A stretch of DNA of 64,000 bases from Guillardia theta CCMP2712 (taxonomy: Eukaryota > Protista > Cryptophyta): NCBI RefSeq assembly GCF_000315625.1, contig NW_005434650.1, forward strand, positions 68,736 to 132,735, given 5' to 3'. Under the pieces are notes generated by a model. The model ran no database searches, had not been told where the DNA came from, and worked only from the letters and a program-made list of their open reading frames with translations. The position numbers and the translations under genes were made by a program. This document shows positions 1 through 12,474 of the stretch, in pieces. How positions within the stretch are numbered: the stretch's first letter is position 1; each line of letters opens with the position of its first letter.

Positions 1-1385
1 GGCAGGCCCAAGAGCAGTGTGTAAATGGGCGCTTCGCAGGGAGGGAGGGAGGGAGGGAGGGAGGGAGGGAGGGAGGAGCATATAAGGGGTTTAGTCAGGC
101 AAGGCACGACCTTGGGGTTCAGTGCAAGCGCCTTGTCAAACATCTCGATCGCCCCAGCCTTCCGTCCCAGCGCCTGGAACGCAACTCCCTTGCTGTGGTA
201 GTAGGCAGGGATCGACTGGGCCAGGGAGATGGCCTCGTCGAGATCGGAAAGAGCCTGCTCTACGTTGCGGATGGTAAGGTAGGCGTTCCCGCGGTTGAAG
301 AAGTAGTTGGGGTCGTTGGGGTTGAGCTGGGTAGCAACATCGAAGTCCTGGAAGCAACTCTCGTAGTTCTCCATGCGAAGGTACGCGAGCCCCCGGTTGT
401 TGTAGTAGATGGCGGTGTCCACTCCCTGGATGAGGAGAGAAGGACAGCAGGGCAGGGGAGAGAGGGGAGGAGAGGAGAGGGGAGGAGAGAAAAGAAGGAG
501 TGGAAAGCAAAGCAGGAAGGGAGAAAGAGCGTGAGGGAGAGAGGAGCCAGGTAGGGGTCAGTTGGAGCAGGAGCAACGGTGTGTCATCAGGCAGCATCGG
601 CATCGCATCAAGGGCTCACCTGGTCGAGCTGGATCGCTGCTGTGAATTGCTCCACCGCGTCTTCCAGCTTCCCGATCTCCAGGTACGACAACCCCAAGTT
701 GTTGTGCGACTCTGACTTGCCCGGCTCCAGCTCCACAGCTTGCTTCAGGTCGTTGATGCTCTCCACTATCTTCCCCATCTTGCGCAGGCAGTTCCCTCGG
801 TTGAACAGCGGCCTGTACTTGGCCTGGCAAGCAGCAGGTCCCGTCAGAAGGCAGACGGACGAGGTCAGGGACGGGAGGCTTCAGGTACCTGCGAGAACTC
901 TACGGCGTGATTGTAGTCGTCCAGCGCCTTCTCGTAGTCAGGGGGGGTCAGGCACATGTAGGAGATGGCTCGGTTGTAGTAGAAGTTCCCGTTCTTGGTG
1001 TCGAGCTTTATGGCGTTGGTGTAATCCTTTACACTCTCCTCGTAATTCCCCAGTTTCTTGTAACACATCCCTGCAGCATCTGTCATCTTGTGCACTGACA
1101 TCAAGCAAGTCAAGGACCTCTGTGCTCATAATACGCTGCTGACTTGTTGTCTATTCGTATGGCCATCGAGTAGTCCAGCAGTGCTTTCTGCGTTTCCCCC
1201 ATCTTGTTGTAGCAGTTCCCTCTGTTGTAGAAGTACTCTGCTTTCTCAGGCTTCAACATGATCGCCTGTGTGAAGGCTTCCACAGCCGCGCTCATGTCCT
1301 TGTTCCTGAAGTGATTTTTACCAGCATTGAAGTAATCGCTGGCTTCTTTAGCCTTCCGCTTGTCGTCTATTGACGGTTGCGCCAT
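1..1385 (-). CDS. Multi-exon tetratricopeptide-repeat (TPR) protein; the 3' end probably runs off the window start
   Basis: Exons 1110-1385 and 865-1113 encode consecutive TPRs (AEYFYNRGNCYNKMGETQKALLDYSMAIRID; GMCYKKLGNYEESVKDYTNAIKLD; NFYYNRAISY). Further TPR-like exons lie near 620-826 and 110-425. Confidence 0.85.
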
Positions 1386-2025
1386 ATTGGCTGCAGGTTG
1401 ATGGTCAGAACGGACAGTAAATCCTGTTCAATCATAATTTTGTCTTATCATCCTTTTGTTCAATCATCCTTCAAACTCTCGTCTCCCCCCTTCCTTTCTT
1501 TGTCTGCACATCTTCATCATCTGAAGTCTTCCGAACACCCTTCTTGTTCTTGTCCGAGTAGTTCCACGCCCTCATCTCTCGTTCCTCCTGCCTTTATCGT
1601 CCTCCTCTCCCTCCTCTCCCTCCTCTCCCTCCTCTCCCTCCCTTCTCCCTCCCTTCTCCCTCCCTTCTCCCTCCCTTCTCTTCTCTCTACTCCTTGCTGC
1701 TCTTCCTCTCTCCCTCCCTCCTCTCGTCCCTCCGTTCGCCTGCGTACGCATTGCTTCGATTTCCTACTTTGTTCCACCCCTACCCCTACGTCATACCGTC
1801 ATTTCATGGACCCTTACCCACTTATTTGACTACCAAAGTACCCGTACATATCCATGATCTATTTTACCCCTACCCACTGGAACGGCCTTTCCCATATGGC
1901 AGCCGTTGAGTTGACTAGTGAGCAAGGCGAGCATGCCGGGACGACGGCAGGGCTGTAGGAGCCTGCAAGGGGAGGAAGAGAGGAGGGGCAGGGGAGGAAG
2001 AGGAGCAGATCAGACACTTGCAAGA

Positions 2026-2185
2026 GGTCAGGTCAGGTCAGGTCAGGTCAGGTCAGGTCAGGTCAGGTCAGGTCAGGTCAGGTCAGGTCAGGTCAGGTCA
2101 GGTCAGGTCAGGTCAGGTCAGGTCAGGTCAGGTCAGGTCAGGTCAGGTCAGGTCAGGTCAGGTCAGGTCAGGTCAGGTCAGGTCA
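2026..2185. repeat. Perfect (GGTCA)32 pentanucleotide tandem array
   Basis: Counted directly: 160 bp of uninterrupted ggtca followed by one ggtta. Confidence 0.98.
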
Positions 2186-2600
2186 GGTTAGCAAGGAGAG
2201 AGAAGTCGAGCACTGAAGGGATCGGAAGATGAGAGAAGGAGACTAGGAGATTGTAGACGACACGGTGGTAAGAAAGGAAGGTGCAGCGATGAAGTTTTTC
2301 AATGCAAATTCACTCGCATTACTTTTGTTTCGACCATGGGATAGATACAGCAAGAGGGTTGCGAGGGTTCCGGACAATCAGTCGACAAAGTTTGAGGGAG
2401 GGAGAGGGTTTACAGTACAGAGTTCAACTCTCATGCTGTGAACTCAAGCTTTGAATTAATCTACGTAGCAGGTAAATCAACATGAACAAGAGACAGAGCA
2501 AGAGACAGCGACGAGTCAAACATACAAGAGACGAGGGAGGAGAGGGACGAGAGCTGGATGAAGTCAACAAGTAGGAAGGAACAACCCGTTCGCCGCCGTC

Positions 2601-5600
2601 ATGGACGACTCTCTCGACGCTTCCTCCGATGACAGCACCGTATCGCTGTCCCCTCTCCCCTTCGGCTCCAACTGGAAGGAGCAGTCGATCTGGTCCTCGC
2701 ACCTCAACGTCTACCTGGACAAGCTCGACTTGATCGAGACGGGAGCAGGGAAGGAGTTGAAGAGAAAACTCTCCCCGCGTCCCTCCACCTCCGGCTCCGT
2801 TGCCTCCCTCCACGACGCCTACTCCCCCTCCTGCCCTCCCCTGGACTGGTCAAAGCTCAACTCCAAAGATGCCGACCAGCTCTGCAACTCGGAGGACAGG
2901 TTCCATCATGCGCTGCACGGCAGCTACATCTTCGATCCTCCCGTGTCCCTTGGGCAGCGGCTCGCACGTGCTGGGCTGAAGACGCCGGAGAGAGGAGGCA
3001 GCCGCCTGCTCGAGGTCGCCATCAGCTGCGAGGATCTCCCGCTGAACTCAGCTGGGAAGCCGCCGGACACGTCATGTACCCTGCTCGTCTACTCCCTGCT
3101 GGAGAGGAAGTGGGCCGAGGCGTGGGGGTCGGAGGTGGTGGTCCGGTCGCAGGCTCCTGTCTTTCAGCGTATGCTCAGGCTGAGCTTTCCCGCCGGCGTC
3201 GCTCCTGCCGTCCTCGTGCTCTTCGACATGCAGAAATCCGGCAAGGGCAAGGGAGGAGGGAGGAAAGAGATCGGGAGGGTCAAGCTCGACCTTGAGGAGG
3301 TTAGCAACTCTTGCCAGCGCTCCTCTAGGATAGGAAGAGTCACCCTCAGCCTGAAGAAGAAGGGGAAGGAGGAAGAGGGAGAAGAAGAGGAACAGGAAGA
3401 GGAGGAGAACGGTGGTGAGCGTCCAGAGCTGGGGAGGGTGACCCTTGGGGTTGAGAGGATCAAGGACGAAAACCTGGTGTCGACGAGGCTGAGGAAAATG
3501 GCGAGGAACGCCAGCAACGGAGGAAATGAGCTGCAGACTCCGAACAAGTTCGTCCCTCGCTTCCAGCGTGGCCTGCTGCGGCTGCAGCAGACGGCCATGG
3601 ACCTGTTCTGCGACTACAAGACCGTAGACTGCCGCAACGAGATTAAGTCGAGCGTGAGGAGGAGGGATCATGATATCAGCCTTCAGGTTTTCCTCAACAT
3701 CCTCTCCTACTGCGGCATCCTGGACCAAATCTCGTCCAGCGGGCAAGACGAGCTTTCGGAGCTGATCCCGGAGCAGGAGAGGACGCTGAAGATTTCGAGG
3801 GAGGAGGCAGTCTCCGCGTTCAAGGCGGGGGTGAAGGAGAAGGGGGTTGAGGTTGCCTTGGGCACATCGAAACTGAGGAGGGAGCAGTTTGAAGAGAGCA
3901 TGCGTCAAGTCGTCTCCTTCATCCACGATAGGAACGAGAAGAAGTTCGACAAGAACGCGCCGCTGGAGCAGCAAACCTCCGATTCCCTCGCTCCTCGCTC
4001 CTCCACCGCTGTGTCTCCCAGGAGGAGCTTCCTCCTCCGCACGCCTTCAGGGCAGTACGACCGACTGAGCTCCCGGCGGGCCTCAAGGAGCAAGACGCTC
4101 ACAGACCGTCTGCGGGAGGAGCATGCGGAGAGGTTGGGGGGATTTCCAGCTCTACCCCAGGAGGCGACCAGCTCCAGCCTCCCTTCCTCAAGGCTGAACT
4201 CAGCGAGGAAGAGTGGAGAGCGAAAGCATCTCCCGAGTGGCTCTCAGACAGACAGGACTCACAACAGGACCGCCTCCTCCTCTCTCGCTTCGCCCCCTCC
4301 CTCCCGCTCTGCTCCCAAGAGGCCACAGACTAGCGGGAAGCCGGTTCCCTTCCTCAGGCAGAGCGAGATCGGCTCCCTCCTTCTGTACGCGCCCACCAGC
4401 CCCAACGTTCAGATCCGCAAGCTGGTGGCGAAGCCGATTGCGGCTCTGTCGTCGTCGGAGGAGAGCAGCGGGATCATGCAGGAGAACGGAGTGGTGCAGG
4501 TACTGGTGGGGATGCTGAGGGGGCGCGACAAGGAGATCATGCTTGACTGCTTCGACGCGCTCTCGCAGCTCGTAAGGACGAGCAGGAGAGCGTGCGAGGA
4601 CTTCGTGGAGAGGAAGGGGCTCGAGCTCTGCTTCTCCTTCCACCAGGACAGCAGCCCTGCCTGCTCCTCCGCCCTCGACCTCCTCGAAGGAGTCTTACTC
4701 TCTTCCTCCTCCTCCGCCGACGTGGGCGATCGATTCAGCGAGCGGAACCTCAAGGGGATTGTGAAGTTTGCCAGTCTCAACGACAACCCGCACGCCGCCA
4801 AGAGCTCCATCCTCCTGATGCGACTGACGAGGTCGGCGGTGGGGATGGCAGAGACGTGGGAAGCTCTGAGGGCGGAGGGGGAGAGACACGAGATCGCTCT
4901 GGAGGAGGACGAGCACTCAGGGATGAAGATGCTCCTGCGCTGCTTCCGCCTGCCCTGGGTCTTCGATCCGTGCTCGGAGAAAACGATCCTCTACCACAGC
5001 ATGAAGTACGACAGCACGGAACGAGACTCCAGCTCCTCCATCGGTCGCAACCTCCTCCTCGCCCTCTGGGCCTTGATGGCACCATCCAACGACAACCAGC
5101 GGACGTGCGTTGAGGGGCTCGTAAGAGACGGGGCACACGAGGTGATAGGATGCGAGTGTTTGTGCTCTTATATCTTCACCCTCCTCCTTCCCTCTTCCGC
5201 TCTTCCATCCTCTCCTGTTCTCCCCCTCATTCTCCTTCCCTCCCTCACAACAACTTTGGTCCTGTATCAACTGCTCTCTTCTCCTCCCTGTCCCTCCCTG
5301 ATCTCCTTCCCCCTCCTCATCCTCCCCTGTCGACGCTCTTCTCCCTCCCCTGAACTGCCCTGCAGGTCTTGTCGGAGGTCCTGCAGGAGAGGGAGGGGGA
5401 GATCATCGAGGAAGACGACGTCCTCTCCCTCCGCTGCCTGTCGAGAATGAGCCAGGCGCTTTCCGTGATGGGGACCGACCTGGTCGACTCCAGCAAGATT
5501 CCCATCGTCATGCACATGCTCAAGAGCGAGCAGCATGCAGAGCCCTTCTGTTGGCTCGAGGAGGAGGCGCTCCTGCAGATGATTCGCTCCTGCCGTTTCC

Positions 5601-8417
5601 AGAGGAAGGAGGCGAACAGCATCCTGGCCAGGCAGGAGGACGAGGAGACCAGCTGCTTTCTGATTGTCTCGGGGAGCGTGCGGGTCATCTCCTCTGTCAA
5701 GAGCTCCACCAAGATGAACGAGCTCACGACGCTCAAGGGAGGAGCGCTCTTCGGCAGGTCGAGCATGATGCAGGGGGAGCCCAGGAACGCCACCCTTCTG
5801 GTGCAGGAGGAGGCAGAAATCCTAGAGATCTCGCTGTCCTCCTTCCTCCTCTCCCTCGCCCAGTTCTCATCGAGGCAGGTGAAGTTGAAGGTGCTGAGGA
5901 AGATGAAGAAAGAGGGTCTGCACCCGAACAGGAGCAAGGACGCTGTGTTCAGCTGTGGGAGGGGGGAAGTTCTGCAGGCGCAGAGCAGGAGGGGGATCTT
6001 CTGCCTTCAAGGCTGTCTCGTCCGCGTCCTCCAAGTCCTCCTTCACCGAATGCCCAAGGTCAGCAAGTTCGAGGAGCAACTCAAAACAGACGACGAGGTC
6101 CAGAGCTCGGCATGCGTGCTGCTGGCGAACGCTTCCCAGCTCCCCGACAACGCTCTGTTTGCGGTTAGGAGGGGATTCATGGTGCCTCTGATGAACCTGC
6201 TCTTCTCCTCCTCCTCCTCCATCTCCAAGAACGCTGAGCTGGCGCTGCTGAAGATCTTGTCCTCCCACGAGGTCAGGGGAGAGGTGGCCGCGTCCCAGAG
6301 GAAGCGGAGGGGAGAGAAGGAGGAGGGCGAGGAGGGCAGCATCGACCTTTCAGACCTCCTCTCCTCCTGCATCGCCAAGAAGCTGAGCATGGCGATCGCA
6401 CATCAGACGTGCAACCTGACCATGCTCGAGCTGTTGTCCCATCTCATCCGCGACAACCGGACGCGCACCATCTTGTTCCGGAAGCTGACGTGCCCTGGCC
6501 TCCTCTTCCTCATCAAGGACTCCCTCGATCAGCTGGACCAGGTGGGAGGAGGCAGCGGCGAAGGCTCCTTGTCCTCGGACATCATCCTCCCCAGCCTCAA
6601 GGCGTTGGAGATCGTATCCCGTCAGCAGGAGGTCTTCACTCACTTCCATGACCCCCTCCTCCTCGACTGGATCGAGCGACTGGTCCAGCGGTGCCAGCCG
6701 CATGAGGAAGAAGTATCGCAGACGTTCCTGCTCTTAACCCATCGCTTCTGCGGCAACAAGAAGGAGAGCGCGATCCCCGAGTGGTCCAGGCTGCGCTCGT
6801 ACGAGGCGAGCAAGCAGGCAAGTAAGGCAACCACGTCGGCAGCGATCAAGGATGCGCTGTCGAGCAGCAAGGAGATGAAGAAGTCGAGAATATCCCGGCT
6901 GATGAGGATGGCACAACTGCAGTCCGAGGAGTCGTGGGAGAGCAACTTTGACTGGCTCTTCCATAGGAAGCAGGACGGGTCGACGATGCTGCGGGAGCTA
7001 GAGAGCTGGCATGCTGACAGGACCAAGCTGCAGTCGGAGCAGCTCAGGACGGGGCTCGACGCCGTTCTGCAGCTGAACAAGCAGCGGGAGGACATAACGA
7101 GCGTGATGAAGAGAGTGCTGCAGGCTGCGATCAGGAGCAGAGACTGCAACGAGGCGCTGAGCAAGCTCCAGGACGCAGGAGTGATCAACGGCAGCGATGG
7201 CGTCCTCTCCTTTCTCAATGAGAAGGAGCAGAAGAGGAGGATGCGGAACTTGCAGATGGCCAGCAGGCATGTCTCCTTCCCTGACTCCTCCGCCTTCTGC
7301 CGGCTCCCGAGCAGCTTCGGGAGGCGGCTGAGCTCAGAGGACGGGATGATCGCGTTCGGAAGCAAGATAGCAGAGAACGTGATCATGGAGAGCAAGCTCA
7401 TGCGATCGCCGACTAGGTGAGAGGAGGAGAGGAGAGGAGAGGAGAGGAGAGGAGAGGAGAGCAGGAGGAAAGGGAGAGGGAGAGGAGAGGGAGAGGTAGA
7501 GGTAGAGGGAGAGGGAGAGGAAAGAAAGAGGAGGGGAGAGGAGCGCATAGGGGGGAAAGAGGAGAGGAGAGGAGAGGAGTTGCGTCGTGACGTCTTTTTG
7601 TTCTTGACAGGCACAATGCCGATGTTCAGATGGATTATGAGGTGAAATTGATCTAGTTCTCCTCCCTCCCACCTCTCTCCGCACCTTCGTCTCCTCCTCT
7701 CCTTCCTCCCTCGCACCTCCTGTATCTCCTCTAGGAAAGGACCCTAGCATGTCTCCTCCCTCTCCTTCACCTCTTTGCTCCGTCTCCCTCCACTGCTCTC
7801 TGCTCTGACGAAAAGTTTCCCCTGCAGCCACCCAACTGGAAGAACATCATCCTGCTCATGCAAGCAGTTCAGGCCATGGTACATCCCCCTTCCCCGTCTT
7901 CCCCTCCTCCTCCTCTCCTCCGATCTCGTTGTACTTGAAGTCCCCCCCCCCCTCTCTTCTCTTCCTCTTCTCCTCGCTCCCTCCCTCATTCGTCAGCACC
8001 TCTCCCTCCTCTCTCCCCCTCTCTCCCCATCTCCGTTCTCAACCTCTTCCTCAGAGGACGCTAGCCAAACATCGCGGCAAGAAGAAGTACTTCGCCTCTT
8101 TGGCTCGTGCCGCTCTCTTCATCGAGCGGATATCGCGCATTGATAAGATGGTGAGAGAGGAGGAGGAAGAGGTGGTGGTGGAGGAGGAGATGTAAGTAAC
8201 AAGTTGACAACAGGTCGAAACTCTCTCCAATCTCATTCATAAGCCTCCTTGACACGTCGACATCTGATATCTCATCTTACATGATCTTACCTCATCTCGT
8301 CTTATCTTGTCTGTTCTCGTCTTATCATTTCATTGAATCTGATAGTTAACGTCCTTCCCCTTCTCCTTACCTCAGCTTCCTCCTCCTCATCTTGGCCGCC
8401 TCCTCCAGCACGCGTGA
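2601..8417 (+). CDS. Large multi-exon protein: N-terminal C2-like domain, armadillo-like repeats and a cyclic-nucleotide-binding-like domain
   Basis: ORFs 2601-5450 and 5369-7420 join via a phase-0 GT-AG intron at 5142-5365. Motifs: C2-like LEVAISCEDLP...SEVVVRSQAPVF; ARM-like ENGVVQVLVGML; cNMP-like FLIVSGSVRV...GALFGRSSMMQGEPRNATL. Small 3' exons at about 7611, 7828, 8056 and 8376; 3' end uncertain. Confidence 0.7.
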
Positions 8418-8519
8418 GTAGCCATCGTCGCATCCTCCCTCCACAGCTCCCAGCAGCCCCGCCGCCTCTCTCCTCCGCTCCTCCTCTCCCTGCATCAACA
8501 TCAGCAGCGCCCAGCAGCA

Positions 8520-9333
8520 TTACCCCTCAACCTGGGGCAGGCAAACAAAGACAGCATACAGCTTTCCTATAGCGCGTGCCTGCGACTGAGCCTCCTGTCA
8601 TTGGTGAGGATTCTGACAACGCGATGACAAGGCAAGTACAGGAGGGTCGCCGGGCCTCGGGAACGGAAGGCTCAAGACGACTGAAGTCGAGAAGAAGCCG
8701 AGAATCTCCTTGTCTACAACCTCAGCACCTCTGGAGAGAACAGTCATACTCGCAGGACCCCAGCAGGAGCCCACCTGACTCCCTCCAACCATCGCACCCA
8801 CAGCGGCGAGTCGCTCCATAGATGAATCACGTCGCAACTGTCCGTGACCGCGAGGAAACTTTCAAATTCCTCCCGCGGGCTCAGACGTGTGAATGTGAAA
8901 TTTTTTGACCCAGCAAACGCCCTCCATGCCATCGCCTCCTCCTCCTCTCCCCTTCCCTGCCCCTCCCCCTGCCCCTCAGCAGCAGCTCCTCCACTCAAGA
9001 AGACGAGGTGTACGTGTCGGAAGAACCTGCTCTGCAAATCACACTACATGAACGCTTTCACTGGCAGCTTTCGAACGTCAAGTCAAGATCTTCGATGTGC
9101 GACCTGACACGAGCGTCGACTCTTCCATGAACTGCGATATTACGTATGCCACGTCAGCACCTTCACCTCCTCCCAGCAACCAAACCTACCAAACAGGGCG
9201 ATCCCAGGGCGGAATACGGGAACTTCAACCACTCGAGTGGATTCCAGAGCTGATTCGAAATCTCTTGTCCATACATCATCCTCCTCCTCCTCATCTATCA
9301 CCCCGGACCCCGCCTGTACACAGTCAGTGCACC

Positions 9334-9393
<60 letters not shown>

Positions 9394-12300
9394 ATCCTCG
9401 TCCTCCCTTCGTCCTCGTCCTCGTCCTCGTCTCGTCCTCGTCCTCCTTCCACTGTCTCCACCCCACTGCAGAGCAGACACCTGCCCGATGCGCATCCCGT
9501 CGACTCTCTCATGCAGGAAGAGGCCATCCCCTTGAGCGACAGAGAAATCCTGGAGACATGTCAGAGGAGGTGAGAAAGTGGGGCAGCAGCTGAGATGAGA
9601 GATGGTAGCGATAGAAGGAGGAGGAGATGGCGAGAGAACAAGGGATTGGGAAATGAAGCAGAGCTGAAGAGAGACGAGAGGCAGTGGGAAGCAAGCAAGT
9701 CATCTCACGAGAGGAGGGAGAACAGCAGAATCTCAATTGGAACGAAATCGAGATGATCGTGCAGTCATAGCGTCACCTGCCGTGACCACCACGACGCAAC
9801 CCTCCGCTCCATGGTGTTGTAATCGTCCCACTCAAGATGTCTTCCCAGCGGGCCTGTAAGCCAGTCTCTCTTGTACATGCAAGGGTTGTTGGTGTACTGC
9901 CCTTTCCCTTCAAACGTTTTCACAGCACATGGAGATTATGTCACCTCGGCATGTTGTACTTTGCTGCAGTAGAACTTGACGTGTTGATCAGCAGAGCCTG
10001 TCGGAGAGCAATCCTGAAGTATCCGTGTGAGTTTTTTCGACAGCATGAGGTGGAGACAAGCAGGAGGCAAGGAGCACACAAGGAGAGAAGAGCAGAAGAT
10101 GAGGAGAAGACTGGAACAAGACAAGGAGGAGAGAAGTGAGGAGGAAGTGAAGAGGAAGTCAGAAGCGAGAAAGGAGGAAGTAAAGAGGAAGTCAGGAGGA
10201 GAGGAGCCATGAAACCGATTCATGCTCACCTTGACTCTCCCAGGGAACCGGATCTCGATGTCATTAGAAAAGTGGAGGTAGTGCAGCAGGTGCGTCAGGT
10301 CCACGTCTCCGACGAGGTGCCGTCCTGCGCTCCTTTCAGGCCGCAAGGGAGGCAGGGGCAACTACTGACCTGCAGAGTAGTGGGACCTCTCTACCCAGAG
10401 AGGCTCCCCGGGCCTGCCCACAAGAGGAGGAGGTGAGAAAGTAACGAGACAACCGCGCAAGAGAACATCTTGCGATGCCGAAGTCTGACTGCACGGACTT
10501 GACCCTCCGACATGGACGTGTTGTCCTGCACACACAAGGGTGAGAGGTTGAGTTGGTGAGGAGAGGGCAGGGGGAGCATGAGACGAGCGAGGAAGAGGAA
10601 GAATGCACTGATTGCGAGATACCTGAGACAGCAACGCCATAGAGCTGCGGAGAATGGCCTGATGACAAAGTAAGATGTTGATGGAGGGCAGTCAACCAAG
10701 AAAGCTCACTGACGCTCGTTCCAGCTCCTCCACAAGCGCGAAGTCTTCTTCAATCTGCGTCACCTCCACGTCAACTGAGCGAACAACTGGTGCATGCTGT
10801 GCATCACTAGGACAATGAAGGGCGTGGTGCAGACAGATGCCATGTACAACCATGCGTTTCCCTTCCCTGCGACCAGTCAGCCGCAAGGTCAGTAACATTC
10901 CAGCTACCTATCCTCCTTGGAAAGCCAAAGACATGCGGAGTGAATCTCCGAGCAATCTCCATCAGCAGCTCATCTCTCTCCTGCAAGCTTGCCATCTCAG
11001 CTTCTTTGACAGATCAAATCTGCCTTGCTCACTTGGACAAACACGATCAGCTGCCCCAGCTCCACCAGCAGGTCTGTTCAACGTCACGACAACTGACGGC
11101 ACACGAACGGACTGACTTCTCTTCTTGTATGACGTGAGAGTGCGCGCGAGGGTCCATGGGCCCGAGGAGACCTTCACCAGCATGCTTGTCATCGAGTCAC
11201 GAAGGGGGACAGGCTCAAGGTCAAAACAAGAGCAGGAGTTGATCCTTACAAGGATACCGAACGCGATGTCTCTCAGTCTCAGCCCATCAACATCTACATG
11301 CCAGTCAGAATCGACTCATGCTGCCATCTCAGCTCCACATACCAGCTGACGAACTCCCTGCGTTGTTGTGCGTTTGCACCTCGACCCAAATATTTGACTC
11401 ACAGAACACCTCCTCCTCTCCCCTGCAACAGGTCGCTTCAGCGCTCGCGCTAGAGACTGAAAGAAGCACAACCCTTGGGACGTGAAGGTCACCTCCAGGT
11501 AGTGTTGACCATCAGGCATCACGGGCAGCTCCATGAAGACCTTGAAAGAGAGAGATATCAACATGCAGGTCGAGAACATCTCAAAAACTGACGTTCTCCT
11601 GCGTGCTTCGGGGGGCTCCCTCCGCGGGAGTCAACTCCTTCTCCTCAACGGTCTCCCCGTCCAATCTGAGAGCAGGAGCTTCAGCCGGATGGAGGAGCTC
11701 AGCTACCATGCGGACATCATCTGCAGCCAGCCGCCCGCAGGAGGCACGTTGTACACTCGGACCTGGGCTTGTGCCTGTGGGGAGTTAGGACTGCAGAGGT
11801 CCTCAACAACATCGACAACCGGATGCGCACCCAAGGAGAGGAGCTGCCCATCACGTGGATGGATGAAGAACACCTTGACAATACAAGATCTCATGCTCGC
11901 GCCCCTCCTTACCTCCAGCATACTCGATAAACCTCACCTCAGTGTGATTGAAGGAAGATGCCTGAAAGCTCCGCGCAAGCTGGAAGGTCGAGGAGGCATT
12001 GACACCCTGTCCTATGATATGAGAACAGGAAGAAGGCGAGGGCCTTGCAAGGAGTACCAGGGGAGTGCCCAGCGAGTCGAAGAGAGTCAGGCGCAGCGTG
12101 TGTATGCCGTCAGCCATGACCTTCTCATCGGAGAGGATAAGGGACATGTGTCCTTCCTTGACGCGATGGATCTGTCTACCATCAAGCTCGAGGATCCCGA
12201 ACCTAGGACCTGCATCAGGTGCGAGCACAGCGAGCAGGCACATCCGGAGCTCCTCCGCTCTCTTGTTCTCTTACCCGCCTCCGAATCCCCCAGCCCTAAA

Positions 12301-12474
12301 CTCAACTTCAACGCTCTGTCTTCTCCACACTTCGCCATCAGAGGGCTTCAGAAGCTCAGCAAGAAGCTCATCTTTCTGTGCGTCAGCTCCTCCGCCTCCT
12401 CCCCCACCTCCTCCTCCGCCTCCCTCAGCCGCCACAAGAATCGCCAGGATCGCAACCCACCGCCATGAAGGCAT
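8520..12474 (-). CDS. Secreted/secretory-pathway GT-A-fold (GT2-like) glycosyltransferase with N-terminal beta-rich modules
   Basis: Signal peptide MPSWRWVAILAILVAA. Spliced exons read DIAFGIL...WTLARTLTSYKKR, EEDFALVEEL (DxD-like acidic motif), VRAVRLRHRK, YTNNPCMYKRDW and FSVAQGDGLFLH. Last exon ends VCLPQVEG* at 8520. Family assigned from motif memory. Confidence 0.6.
9336..9445. repeat. (CCTCGT)n hexamer microsatellite, intronic in the minus-strand glycosyltransferase gene
   Basis: Visible tandem cctcgt run; it explains the spurious LVLVLV, PRPRPR and EDEDED ORFs. Confidence 0.9.

Noticed and set aside
2026-2190. CRISPR array or telomere
   Set aside because: There are no spacers, the position is internal, and the unit is not a recognised telomeric repeat.
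1918-2232. ORF with (GQVRS)n repeats
   Set aside because: It is a translation of the (GGTCA)n microsatellite, with no coding support.
8576-9822. Plus-strand continuation of the ARM/cNMP gene
   Set aside because: The minus strand gives a coherent spliced reading with GT-like motifs (YTNNP, VAQGDGLF) across the same interval.
11533-12468. 311-aa plus-strand ORF
   Set aside because: It is the antisense shadow of the minus-strand glycosyltransferase exons and has no recognisable motifs.
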